DNA of 20,000 nucleotides, taken from Fonticula-like sp. SCN 57-25 (taxonomy: Eukaryota). The stretch lies in assembly GCA_001724245.1 (NCBI GenBank), contig MEDX01000004.1:58683-78682 (forward strand), read 5' to 3'. Positions within the stretch are counted from its first letter, which is position 1, and each line of letters starts with the position of its first letter. The notes beneath the pieces were generated by a model. The model ran no database searches. It was not told where the DNA came from and saw only the letters and a list, made by a program, of their open reading frames with translations. This document shows positions 1-10,725 of this stretch, in pieces. The position numbers and the translations under genes are program-made.

Positions 1-338
1 CATGTTTGAGGTCTGCTGCGGCGTCCACTTTCCGCTCATCAGCACGCTGCGCTCGCGGCATATCCCCGAGCAGGCGCGCGCAAGTCTCATGAACATTTAC
101 CGCATTCCAATGAACGTCATCGTCGCAACCGTGCTCGTCAATGTGCGCAGTGTAATTTAAATTCGCTTTGTGACTAATTATGGCGATTTTTTCTTTTTGT
201 TTTTCCCCCATAAAGGTTGCCAGCATTCCGCTCGCTATTGTCTTTACGGTATGCGGCGCGCTGCTCATGCTGTGCGCGTTCCTTTCCTCGACGCTGCAGC
301 CGCCGCCGGAGCCCGTCCGCACACTGAACGTTGTCTAA
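1..338 (+). CDS. MFSD5: 3' end of an MFSD5/MOT2-like major facilitator (molybdate-anion transporter family) gene; exons <1..142 and 216..338
   Basis: Frame from base 2 reads MFEVCCGVHFPLISTLRSRHIPEQARASLMNIYRIPMNVIVATVLVN, matching the MFSD5 C-terminal signature FE-C-G-xFP...LR...IPE..RA.xMN.xR.PxN. Intron 143..215 (GTGCGC, branch TGACTAAT, TAAAG) is followed by a hydrophobic helix VASIPLAIVFTVCGALLMLCAF and TAA at 336-338. Confidence 0.85.
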
Positions 339-854
339 ATGCCCGTTGTATCATAGCCCGACAGAGGCGCAATTTTTGAATGCGTTCAAAGTTGTATAGC
401 ATACCTTTCTGGCTGAAAATTTCGGTCGGGTATCAGTATAAATTACCAATTTCCATGCCTTTAAAACTATAAACAGCTGCAAATAAAGGCAAAGAATGCG
501 CTACAAATACTACGTGTTGCGCCGCTTTTAGCTTTCCCGCTACCCATTCTTTTCCCCCCCGAACTTTCTCGCCGCGGCCACATTCACCGATGCATCGCTC
601 ATCTCATCGGAATGCGCCTGTGGATCGCCTGTCACAGGCCTGTTGAACGTGGAAGAAGCGACGTCTCCCCCCGCGAGCGCCCGTGCCGCCGCTCCCAGCA
701 GTCTCCCATCTCTTGCCGCCGCGGCAGCGCTGCATTCCGTGCGTTCCTCCCCAACGAGTAGGGCGCCGCGTGAAAGGCCGCCCGTTTGATTAGCAGCCGC
801 GAGTCGCTCTCGCATTCTGGGCGCCAAGGCCGCCCCCTCCCCATCAGCGAGCAG

Positions 855-1032
855 GTACGCGTGACCCTCTCACGAGACATGTTTCAGGGAAAGGGACAAG
901 GGGATTTGGTATATCAAAGTCAATGTAGAGCGTCACTCGTGTCGTTTTGTCATCTGATTTCCGCGCGTCTTTGTTCTTCTCGCGCCACTTGCCGCTTACT
1001 GACACTGGGGCGATTTGCAAGCAGCTTTGCAG
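855..1032 (+). other. Probable 5'UTR intron of the phosphatase gene
   Basis: CAG|GTACGC donor at 855 matches the local donor consensus. Branch-like TACTGAC lies near 998, with acceptor TTTGCAG at 1032 (alternative GCAG at 1024). The sequence is more AT-rich than its flanks. Confidence 0.6.
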
Positions 1033-1061
1033 GCGGAGGCCGGCCGTGTTCTGCGACTGGC

Positions 1062-2399
1062 ATGATCCTGAACGCGATGCCCGCGCTCCGGCAGCCTTCT
1101 TCGCCGGGCGACGGGTCGTCGCTCCCTGTGCCTCAGCGCCGCTCCAGCGACGCCTCTTCGCCGACTTCCCCAGGCGGGTCGTCGGCCCGCGCGCATGCGG
1201 CCAATCTGCCGCCGCTCGTGATCCCGCACTCGCCGCACAAGACGCCGACCGCGTCGATCGTCATTGAAAGCCGCGCCGCGCCGGTGCTTGTCCTCCCGAC
1301 GGCGCCTTCATTTTCTAGTTCTTCCTCATCGGGCTCGGCCCGCATGATTGGCTTTGCTGATGCCGATCGGACTGCGCCGATCTCGCCCGCGACGCCAAGT
1401 GTTTCTTCCTCGTCGCAGTCGTGCGACTCTTCGTCGATCTCCCTCGCCGAGCTTTCCACTCTTTTGCATTCGAGCTCGCCGAGCGATCTCGTGATCCTCG
1501 ACATCCGCTCCTTTGTCATGTTTTCGCGATGCCATCTCCACGGCGCGTACAACATCAACGTCTCGCGGATCCTTCTTCGGCGGCATCGCCGTCCTGGCGT
1601 CAAGGCCGCTCCCGTGGCCAACATTAGCGGAATGATTTCAACGGCGGAAGGCAAGGAGGCGTTTGCGCAGCGCGGCGGCCGGACCGTCGTGCTCGTCGGC
1701 GACCGCGAGTCACTTGCCGACGCTGACCGCCCGCTCGACTTTCTCGCCGAGCTTCTCGCGCTGGAAGGAATCGCCGCCGCCGTGCGGGTCGTCACCGTCC
1801 CCTTTGAGGACATTGAGCGCGCCCTCCCCGACCTGTGTGCTCTTCCTGACCTGCCGCCCAACACGCCGCCCGTGGCGGTGTCGCCCGGCCTCGCGGCTCA
1901 GTTCCCGCTACCGCACGGCCCTTCCGGCGGCCCGACGCGGGTCCTGCCGTGGCTATGGGTCGGCTCTGAACAGGACGCGCGTAACGTCGAGTGGCTCCGT
2001 GCGGCCAACGTCCAGTCGGTGCTCACCATCGCGCGCGAGTGCAACATCAGCCTTCCTGTCCCCGTCCGCGCGCACCTGCAGCTCGACACGCTCGACGTCG
2101 CCAACGACGAGTTTGTCGACCACATTGAGCGCGCCGTCGCCTTTCTCGTGGCCGCGCACGCCGTCAATGACGTCACATTTGTGCATTGCCACGCTGGCAT
2201 CTCGCGGTCGCCCACGGTCGTCGTCGCGTACCTCATCGTCCACGAGGGCTGGGCGCTCGAGCAGGCGCTCGCCTACCTGCAGAGCATCAGGCCGTGCGTA
2301 TCGCCAAACTTTGGGTGGATGTGCGTGCTCGACGATATCGCAAAAAGGCAGTCGCGATTGGAGCAGCCGCCCCTCTCGGCGCGGCAGAGCTCGTCGTAG
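1062..2399 (+). CDS. Dual-specificity (MAP kinase) phosphatase with N-terminal Ser/Pro-rich region, rhodanese/CH2 domain and DSP catalytic domain, ~445 aa
   Basis: Rhodanese-like LVILDIRSFVMFSRCHLHGAYNI with kinase-interaction motif ILLRRHRR. The DSP domain begins PTRVLPWLWVGS and contains active site HCHAGISRS, AYL and RPCVSPNFG. ATG 1062 was chosen because the longer ORF-track start (TTG 786) runs through a probable 5'UTR intron. Confidence 0.9.
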   Translation: MILNAMPALRQPSSPGDGSSLPVPQRRSSDASSPTSPGGSSARAHAANLPPLVIPHSPHKTPTASIVIESRAAPVLVLPTAPSFSSSSSSGSARMIGFADADRTAPISPATPSVSSSSQSCDSSSISLAELSTLLHSSSPSDLVILDIRSFVMFSRCHLHGAYNINVSRILLRRHRRPGVKAAPVANISGMISTAEGKEAFAQRGGRTVVLVGDRESLADADRPLDFLAELLALEGIAAAVRVVTVPFEDIERALPDLCALPDLPPNTPPVAVSPGLAAQFPLPHGPSGGPTRVLPWLWVGSEQDARNVEWLRAANVQSVLTIARECNISLPVPVRAHLQLDTLDVANDEFVDHIERAVAFLVAAHAVNDVTFVHCHAGISRSPTVVVAYLIVHEGWALEQALAYLQSIRPCVSPNFGWMCVLDDIAKRQSRLEQPPLSARQSSS

Positions 2400-2814
2400 C
2401 CAAAACTGTCATTTTTCGTCATCATCGTCGTGTAGATCTGTGTTTTTAGGACAGTAGGGTCGCCTGGTAGCGCCGTCGCTGGTTTTGGCGGTGCGCCGGC
2501 CCGTTGTTGTTGTGTTGTTGTGCAATATGGATACGAGAGTGTCCCCGTGGGCGCCCCGCCTCTGATACGTTATTTGTGTTTTTGTGTTGCATCAGTTCGT
2601 GCGGTCAGGGTTCGTGTAAATAAACATCTCTGAGATCAAGCAAACACGTTGTGTGGCATTCATTATGGATGGCAAGGTAGAGAAAAAAAGTACAAATCCC
2701 ATGCTGTATGGGTGGATGGGTAGCGCGAAAGCGAGGCAAAAGAGACCGATCTAATACAATAATAACGAGCGTCTAGAAAAGCGTCATAAAGGCATGTTTA
2801 TTCGCGGTCGCGGT

Positions 2815-4428
2815 CTAAGGCGACGACGGCTCCGCGAGATCCTTTGACTTGTTGCGCTTCATCGTGCCCTTGTCAGCCTTTTCGTCATCATCCTCGTCCT
2901 TGTCGCGGTTGCTGCGGTTAAAGATGCGCATGATGGACGACCTGCGCTCGAGCCCCTTGTCCTCGTCCTCATCCTTCAAGCTGCGGCCCTTGAACGCCGC
3001 CGTGATGGACGCCTGCTGCACGGCGCCAATCTCATTGCCGTGGATGCCGAGCGAGTCCAGCCGCGAGCTGCCGACAACCTCGGCAATGGCGCGGCCGCCC
3101 TCAACGCCAATCTGGCAGTGCCTAGCACTAAAGTATCACATTAGCACCCAATTCTATGCATTTATCGCTGAAAAAAGCCAAGAAAAAGGGCGTACTCGAC
3201 GTCGATGAGCGTCGTGGACGTCTTGATGACGGTGGCGAGCGCGGCGGCGCCCTCGTCGCCGATGGGGTTGCCGTAGAGGACGATAGTGGTGAGCGACTTG
3301 TTGACGCGGAGCGCCTCGACGAGGGCCGTCATGCCCTCGCTGGTCACCTTGTTGTTGGCGATAGCGAGCAGCTGGAGGTTGCTCGTCTTGAGGAGGGCGG
3401 CGAGCTTGGCGGCGCCCTCGTCGCCGGCGCCAACCTCCTGAAGGAAGAGCTTCTGGAGAGACTTGTTCGAGCCAATGGACTCGACGAGCGTCGACACGCC
3501 AGAGGCGCCAAGAGCATTGCGGCTCAAGCTTTAATAAACTGTTAGCAAACATGTGGGCGACCAATGGAATAGGCGCACTTGAGCGTGCGGAGGCGGCAGC
3601 CGGTCGATCCGAGAACCGGCGCGAGGAGCGCCATCGACTTTTCCGTGAGCTGGTTGGACGACACGCTGCACACGAGTCAGTTTACAAGTTGCGTAATATT
3701 GGGAAACATACGTGAGCGTCGTGAGGTTCGGGTGGCTGCGGACGGCGTTGGCGATCGGCTCAAAGGTCGCGTCGGTCAGGCCGATCGAGTGGAGGCTGGC
3801 GTGATCGGGATCGCGTTAGAATGGCATCACGCATAGGAGAGCGTGCGCACTTGAGCGTGCGGAGCGAGTCGCCGTTCGTGAGCACGGACGAGATGGCGGC
3901 GCCGGCCGACTCGTTGAGGGGAACGCGAGCAAGGCTGCACATGAAAGCGTTAGCAAGGCCGAAAGCACACGTGGGATGACGTACTCGAGTTCGTGGATGT
4001 GCTTGGCCTCCTTGAGCATCTCGGCGATGGCATCGAGGCTGGCGGCGCTCAGCTGGCAGTACGAAGCGCTGCGATCACAGGTGAGCACAGAGACCGGCAT
4101 CAGAGGGAATGCCGTACTCGATGCGGTTAAAGGTGCGCGCCGAGGCGAGGTACTCGCACACGTACGGCACATCCTCATCGGCCACGTCACGCAGACTGCA
4201 CCACACGCGTCAGCTTTCACATATAAACGTGTCATTTCAAAAAAGTTTCTTTCCGCACCGAATGATGGGGGCCGTCTTCTGCCACGGGAAGCAATTGTTC
4301 ATGAGCTTGGTGAGAAAGTCGATGCGGGCATGCGCGCGCTCGAGCGACTTGCGGCGGTGGCGGTCGCGCTTCTCAAGGCTCTCAATGCGCTTAATCAGCG
4401 CCGCGATCTGCTCGTTGACGTCGGCCAT
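2815..4428 (-). CDS. RNI/NLRC3-type leucine-rich-repeat protein, ~410 aa, 8 exons (4428-4259, 4195-4118, 4068-3985, 3934-3851, 3795-3712, 3665-3579, 3528-3196, 3127-2815)
   Basis: The spliced product has an N-terminal amphipathic helix MADVNEQIAALIKRIESLEKRD followed by ~28-aa repeats such as LSRNALGASGVSTLVESIGSNKSLQKL, IANNKVTSEGMTALVEALRVNKSLTTI and LYGNPIGDEGAAALATVI, then a charged tail. Seven GT-AG introns of 46-68 nt; total 1233 nt in frame. Confidence 0.88.
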
Positions 4429-4518
4429 GGTGTCTCTCTTACAATCTCGTCCTACCCGCGTGACAATGCAGCTGTGCGGAGTGTGCGCGTCAATGGAATC
4501 GTGGATGCACCAAACAAA

Positions 4519-4581
4519 GTCACGTGACATTCTATTTGGAAAGTTCGTCGCCATTCTAGGAAGGAAATCGACCAATCAGCG
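4519..4581. promoter_or_regulatory. Putative LRR-gene promoter: palindromic E-box GTCACGTGAC (4519-4528) and CCAAT box (GACCAATCAGC, core 4572-4576)
   Basis: Motifs read directly about 90-150 bp upstream of ATG 4428; function is inferred. Confidence 0.55.
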
Positions 4582-5018
4582 ACGCGCAATTTTGCCAAGG
4601 AAACGCGCGGGGCCGACTTCCAGGCGGGGTCGCTCAGTTCTGGAATCATATCAAAGAAGGCTCGAAAGACGCGATTACGCACGATTGAGTGCTATTTTGA
4701 TTCGTAAATATAGCGCGGGCGTGGGAATTAGTCACGCTTCGCTTCATGTAATACGCCGTAACAGCTGAAATAGGTCCAATGGGGCAATTATGGAGGCGGT
4801 TTTGGGGCAATTGAGAATACACACGTATCAATGAAGGTCCGCAGAGATTGATACCCGTCTGTACTACGATTGGCACGAAAATACACCGAGTATGCGATAT
4901 ATGAATGTGAGAATGTTGTTTTCACCCACTTTCCCGCGCGTTTTGCCGTGCATTTATCCTAAATCGTTTCCTCTATTAAAAAATTGGCACAACATACGCT
5001 GCTAATCTGCCGCAGCGG

Positions 5019-6885
5019 CTACGTGTCGAGGCAAGCGGACAGCGCGTGCATCGAGTACCCGCTGTCGACGGTGACGTCCGAAACTGCGCCGAGGAAGGCC
5101 GGCAACTTGGCGTTGGGGGCGAGGTGCGCCTCGAGCAGCACGAGGCCAGCGCAGGGCGACAAAAATACGTCTATTCAAGCCACGCATGTCAGCAGAAGAG
5201 CAGAACAAAGAGTAAAGCACATAGGCACAAGCATAGCGAGATACATACAACATGGCATACACAAGACACATTCACCTACACATTCTTCCCCTTCTCCCTC
5301 TTCTTCCCATCCCATTCGTACCGATCTGATATGACTGGTTCTCATGCAGGAAACACCTGCGCCTCTTCTCAACCGGCTGGTGCGCGGGGTCCGCCTGCCT
5401 CACAAGCAGCTACACATCACGTCAGCCGCCGCTCAGTCACGTGCGCGGTACGCACCGAGTACTCGCGCTCGCTCAGCGCCCGCCGCGTCTCGACCTTTTC
5501 ACTCGTCTTGGCGAGCGACCGCATCGTCGCCGTGTACGCCCATATCCCTTTTGGTAGGCAATGTGTCAGCGGGAATAGTAGGGAATGTGCTGACTGTACC
5601 GTTGCGGCCGCGGCGGCGAACGCGAAGTTGAACGTTGGGGTCGTTCGAGAGGATGTAGTGGTGGACGACGTCAAAGTCCTGGTAGCCGGCGGGGAACGCA
5701 TCGTCCTGCGAGCATGATTTAGTAGTGCGTGTATACGACATCAAGTACGTCGTCAAGTCATCAGCGTCATCAAATACATGAACATGGACATGAACATGAT
5801 CATCAACCATCATCGTCAATCCCATTATCACTACCATAATATCATGACACGTACCGGCGGCATCTGCTGGACGAGATACTTTCTCTTGGCCGTCGTCGCC
5901 GCCTTTGCCACACCCTTGAGCTGGAACCGCGCGGCCACCGCCTCAACAACGCGCTCCACCTTGTCCTCAAACCCAGTCGAGTTGTCAATCACAGACAGGT
6001 ACGGGTGGCCGACCCACGCGCCCGACGTCTTGTCGTCCAGCTCGCGAGCAAGGTCGACGCTCTCGGAGCGGACCTGGTTATTGGCGCGCTGGTAAAACGG
6101 CTCAGCGCCGCGCGCAGCAGTCACCTGGTCACGTAATGTTAGAGGTATTATGGTGGTATCAAGAGGCGCACGAGGTGGACGACGCAGTCGTAGCGGCAGT
6201 CGCGCATCTTGACCTCGTCAAGGTCGAGCTGCGAGATGATGTCAAGCCACTCGGACCGCGGGATATCTGAAGAATCAATGTGAGCAAAAATGGAGGAAAA
6301 GAGAAAAAAAATGCGTACATGCAGAGGGATCCATGGCGCCGCGGTCGCACAGGATGATCGTGTTCTGGCCGAGCTCGGTGTTGCTGCGTGCGAGCGCGAA
6401 AAAGGTCTCTTCGACCTCAAGCATCGTTTTTAGGAGATGCTTCTGAAACAGCATAGCTAAAAGAACACAAAGTTAAGTCAAAAAAGAAGAGAGATGACTG
6501 CGTGGTACCTTGTGCCGGCGTCAGCTGGGAAAAGACTACGCCGCCGCTATCGAAAATATAGTGAGTCATCTTAGTCGCCGCAGCATCGAGGCGCACCCTA
6601 GGAGCAGCGTGGCTGTTTCGGGGACACAGTAGACACGCCATCCCCTGCTCTGGAACAGATCCGTGAGCACGCTCTGGACGGTCGTCTTGCCCGCGCACGG
6701 CCCTGCACCACCCCGTGTGTCAACATGACGGGATCATCGGATGATCATTGCGCACCTCCAGTCAGCACGATCGAGTAGCAAACTCCGCGCGGCCCCGCGA
6801 CATCCTCTTCCGAGCGCGCCTCCGTGAGCGAAAGCGGCGAAACCGTCGACAGAAAGTTTAACGTCGGCGAATCGTCGGCCGACAT
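5019..6885 (-). CDS. ttd14: TTD14-like protein (NadR/Ttd14 AAA_28 P-loop domain plus CYTH-like C-terminal domain), ~404 aa, 10 exons (6885-6756, 6702-6597, 6546-6509, 6456-6319, 6266-6172, 6124-5855, 5705-5600, 5547-5456, 5409-5322, 5170-5019)
   Basis: Spliced motifs [13 protein letters not shown] (Walker A), [76 protein letters not shown] and YSMHALS are collinear with Drosophila TRPL translocation defect 14 as I recall it. Nine GT-AG introns; 1215 nt in frame. Confidence 0.85.
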
Positions 6886-6948
6886 GGCGCTTGTCCCCGG
6901 CTTCTCTTAAAGGATGACTCAGCACTGCAATCTGCAAACTGACCCAGG
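6886..6948. promoter_or_regulatory. 63-bp bidirectional promoter region between ttd14 and IBA57 containing ATGACTCAGCA (AP-1/ARE-like, 6914-6924)
   Basis: Divergent ATGs at 6885 (-) and 6949 (+); motif read directly. Confidence 0.55.
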
Positions 6949-7983
6949 ATGCTGTCAGCAGTGGCGGCGGCGGTCCGGAGCGGCGCGCGCCTCCATGGCG
7001 ACCGCGCTGTGCTTCGCCTGGCGGGAGCCGACGCGACGACCTTTCTCCAGAACTCGCTCGCGAGCGATGTGCGCAAGGCGCCCGCCCCTGCGGTGATGCT
7101 GAATCATCAGGGCCGGTTTGTTCATGATGCCTTCCTCGTGCCGAGCCCCGACGGCTACCTGCTCGATGCCGACCGCGATGCGGCCCCTCATCTCGCCGCC
7201 GCGCTCAAAAAGATGCTCATGCGCGCCAAAGTGACCATTTCCGACGAGTCTGACCGCTTCTCCGTCCTCGTCTCGCGCGATGCCTCTGATCTCAGCTCGT
7301 CCGCCTTTGCCGATGTGCGCGCCCCTCATCTCGGCTGGCGCGCGATCGTCCCCTCTGCGGATCCCCTCGCGACCGCCGCATCGTCCGACTATGACGAAGA
7401 GTACCACCTTCTCCGCATGCTTCTTGGCGTCCCGCAGGGCCTGCGCGAGCTGCCGCCCGGCGAGCTCTTTCCCTTTGAGGCCAACATGGACTATTGCAAC
7501 GCCGGTACGCTACCGCACTTCTTTTGGTTCTTGTTGCTCACGCTGGCTTAAGTGAGCGTGTCAAAGGGCTGCTACCTCGGCCAGGAGCTCACGAACCGCA
7601 CGTACCACCGCGGCGCCGTACATAAGCGCGTCATACCTGTCGTCCTTGGCGACCGCACCGACGCCGTCACTCCTGGTTTCGCACCAATTTTGTCCGGCTC
7701 GGCCATCACCGCCGCCGGCGCCGCGAGGTCTCCCGGCCGCATCATTGCGTCGCTGCACAACGTCGGGCTTGCGCTGCTTCGTCTGGACGCCGTCGGGTCG
7801 CAGCTGAGCGTTGCACAGAGCGGGCGGACTGTGGCGGTGCACCCCGTCGTGCCCGAGCACTGGCCAAAGGAACTTTCCCGCGCTTTCCTGAGGGAGTTTG
7901 AGGCGGAAAAGGCGGAGGCGGAGAGGAGGACGAAGGAGCTCGAGGAGGCGTACGCGGCCAGCAAGAACAGCGACTCTAATTAG
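6949..7983 (+). CDS. IBA57: IBA57/CAF17/YgfZ mitochondrial Fe-S cluster assembly factor, ~328 aa; exons 6949..7504 and 7553..7983
   Basis: Contains RAVLRLAGADATTFLQ, LNHQGRFVHD and PFEANMD. The family signature KGCYLGQELT is joined in frame by removing the 48-nt intron 7505..7552. Confidence 0.95.
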
Positions 7984-8220
7984 ACGCATTTTGTGTATCA
8001 CTTTCAATATATTACCTTTCATGCCTGTTCTAAAGATACTTGATCCACCAGTATAAAGTGACAAAAATGGTCTTTTCTTGGACCAATGGCACGTTAAAAT
8101 GTCCAACTGAACCTCTGTTCATGATAAAAACCCCATTTTTTATGCCACTAACCCTCATTCTCCCTCGCGTAAACCCACACTATTCAATACACCAATTTAT
8201 TCCAATCACTATACACTTTT

Positions 8221-10691
8221 CTAAAACGCCCCCCCCGACCCCACCGTCGGGCTGCTCGCCGCCGACTTCCCCCCCGGCCTCTTCACCGTATTCAGCAGCT
8301 TGTTCCAATCCTTGCTGATATTTCCCATCCTGAGCGCCTGCAGCGGGTCCTTTGCGGCCGCCTCGGCCGGCGCCGGCGCCAGCACGCCCGCCCCCCCCGA
8401 CGGCGGCGCCGGCAGGTGCTTTGAAAACAGGTCGATAAACACCTGCTGCTCGGCCTTTTTAATCCCCTTGAGCTCGAGCACGCGCATAAAGTTGGCCAGG
8501 TTATTGTCGGCGTAGATGAGCAGGTAGTTGTCGACGAGCGCGTCGGGCGGGTCGAGCGGCGACAGGATGCACTTCAAGAGCATTTCGGCCTTTTGCATGT
8601 TTTTGGCGACCAGCTTGGTGTACGTGGACGGGACGGACGTCGGCTCGGGGTTGCCAAAGTTGGGCAGGTCCATGAGGGAGGTCTTGAGGGCGTGCGTGTC
8701 GAGCAGCATTTGCTCGGTGCCGACTTCGCTGATGGGCTTGCACTTGTGGATCGTGTTCACATACAGGGGGGCAAACGACCTGCAAAGGAAGGGTAAGCAA
8801 AGGGGAAGTGGAAAGGGAACAAGGGAGAAAGGGTAATAGGAACAACGACAAGGGCAGAAAGTATGATAATGGTGATCATAACAACAATAATCATGACCAT
8901 AATCATGACCATGACAATGTCAATAACAATGCCATGAACACACAGTTGACCATAAAGTTGACCATTGAAATGACCATGGCCATGACCATGAAATGAATCA
9001 TATCCCATGACCCATACACCATACATTATACACCATGAATCATAACAATATTCATTCCCCTACTCACCCCCAAACACCCCCACAATCCAACACTTGACGC
9101 ACTCGATAAACTTTATGCAAAACTGCTTAAAAAACTTGCTCCCCGAAATCGCATTCCTCACCACATTCACCCTCTCCTTCATCGTCGCCACCATTTCCGT
9201 CACGTGCTGCGACTGATCCCCCACCGAGTCAAACGTGCTCCACTGAATCCGCGACATGGCCGACAGGCTCACGCTCACCGCCGCCTGCAGCGCGCGCACC
9301 TCAATCGCAATGGCGCTCACTGTCAGGCCCAGAAACTCTTCCAGCGGCTGGTTAAAGTCGACCTGCTCGGCAAGGGAAGGGTCGATTTTCTCCTTGATTT
9401 TGGCTTGAAGCTGCGTCACATTCGTGTGGCAATAGTCGGCAGTGTTTAGGATGAATGCAATGCGCTTGAACTCGTCTTCGGGGAGGACGCGGTCGGGGTC
9501 GCGAGGGAAGCGCGACTTTAAAAAGGAGGCGTACGCCATAAGATTATTCGCAAACATCTTTGAAAGGTCCAAGAGGGGTTTGCGCTTGGACAGTTTTTGG
9601 CAGCCTTGAAGGGACTTTTTGTAAAACATGAAAAGGTCCATGGAGGAGGAGAAGACAGAGACTTGGAGGCCTTCTTCGGATTCGGGTTGCTGGCGGAAGC
9701 GGTCAAGAAGATCTTGGACATTGCTGGAGAAGAGAAAGTGGAAAGAAAGGGAGGAAAAGGAAGGGAAAGTGGGAAGAAAGGGGCCAAAATATGGAAAAAA
9801 GGATGAAAAAGTGCACAAAAAAGAGCAAAATTGTACATAAAACCACACAAAACCACACAAAACCACACAAAAACGACACAAAAAGACACACAAAAGCACT
9901 TTCGTCAGCAACCATATCAAATTACTTGTAATTCCGCACCGATTCTCCAGCTCGATATAGTGCGACAAGTACTGCTCATAGCAACTCGAAATGAGCCCAA
10001 TAAACTTTGCCGCCGGAATCGTCTCAAACCTCAACGCCGTCTCTGGATTCTTCATCGCCTCGGCCTAATCCACCCCAAATTCAGCCCCAGATTCACATCC
10101 AAACACCCAAGATTCAACCCCAGACTCACACCCAAACACCTAAAATCAACCGCAGATTCATACACAAACAGACCTATTCAGCCCCCAAATTCAACCAAAT
10201 TCAACTCCCAAAAGACCCCAATTCAACCCTAAACACCCCATAATCAACCCCAGATTCCATATATGCCCATTCGTACGCGTTTCTTTTCGCGAATGTGCTT
10301 GCGGTACTTTGCCTTGATCGCATCGACCGAGTGCGGATCTCGCTCAATAATGTCGTCATCTTCCTCGCCCACTGGCGCGCGCAGCTCATCCTCGGCGTCC
10401 TTGTCGTCCTCGAGCCCCTTGCCGTCGCGCGTGTACTGGCCGGTGGCGGTGGTGGAGAATTTTTTGGCGAGGAGTTGTTCGAAATCGACGGTTTTTTGGA
10501 GGGTTTGGAGCATGGCTTTGACGTCGAGGTCGGGGGAGATGCTGAGGATGGTGGACAGGTCGCGGCTGAAGAGATAAAGTGAGCGAAAAGTGGGTGAAAA
10601 TGGAGTAAAGTGGGGTAAAAGGGGGGTAAAAGGGGGTAAAGACACGAAAAAGACATGGAAATGACATGAACAGACATGAAAATACCATACA

Positions 10692-10725
<34 letters not shown>

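Noticed and set aside
786..1061. N-terminal extension of the 537-aa ORF (TTG start at 786)
   Set aside because: Non-ATG start that reads through a probable intron (855-1032); the sequence does not resemble the phosphatase family.
1133..2457. Numerous long overlapping or antisense ORFs here and over other exons
   Set aside because: Expected shadows of GC-rich coding sequence with few stop codons; no recognisable motifs.
4825..4854. SECIS-like ATGA...GA hairpin
   Set aside because: Too short for SECIS helix II, on the wrong strand for the adjacent 3'UTR, and no gene model has an in-frame TGA.
6762..6803. ATG at 6803 as the ttd14 start
   Set aside because: It is out of frame with the Walker A exon and hits TGA after 13 codons; ATG 6885 is in frame.
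10080..10250. Telomere-like CCCTAAA / CCCCAA units in VPS53 intron 5
   Set aside because: These are isolated degenerate units, not a tandem telomeric array.
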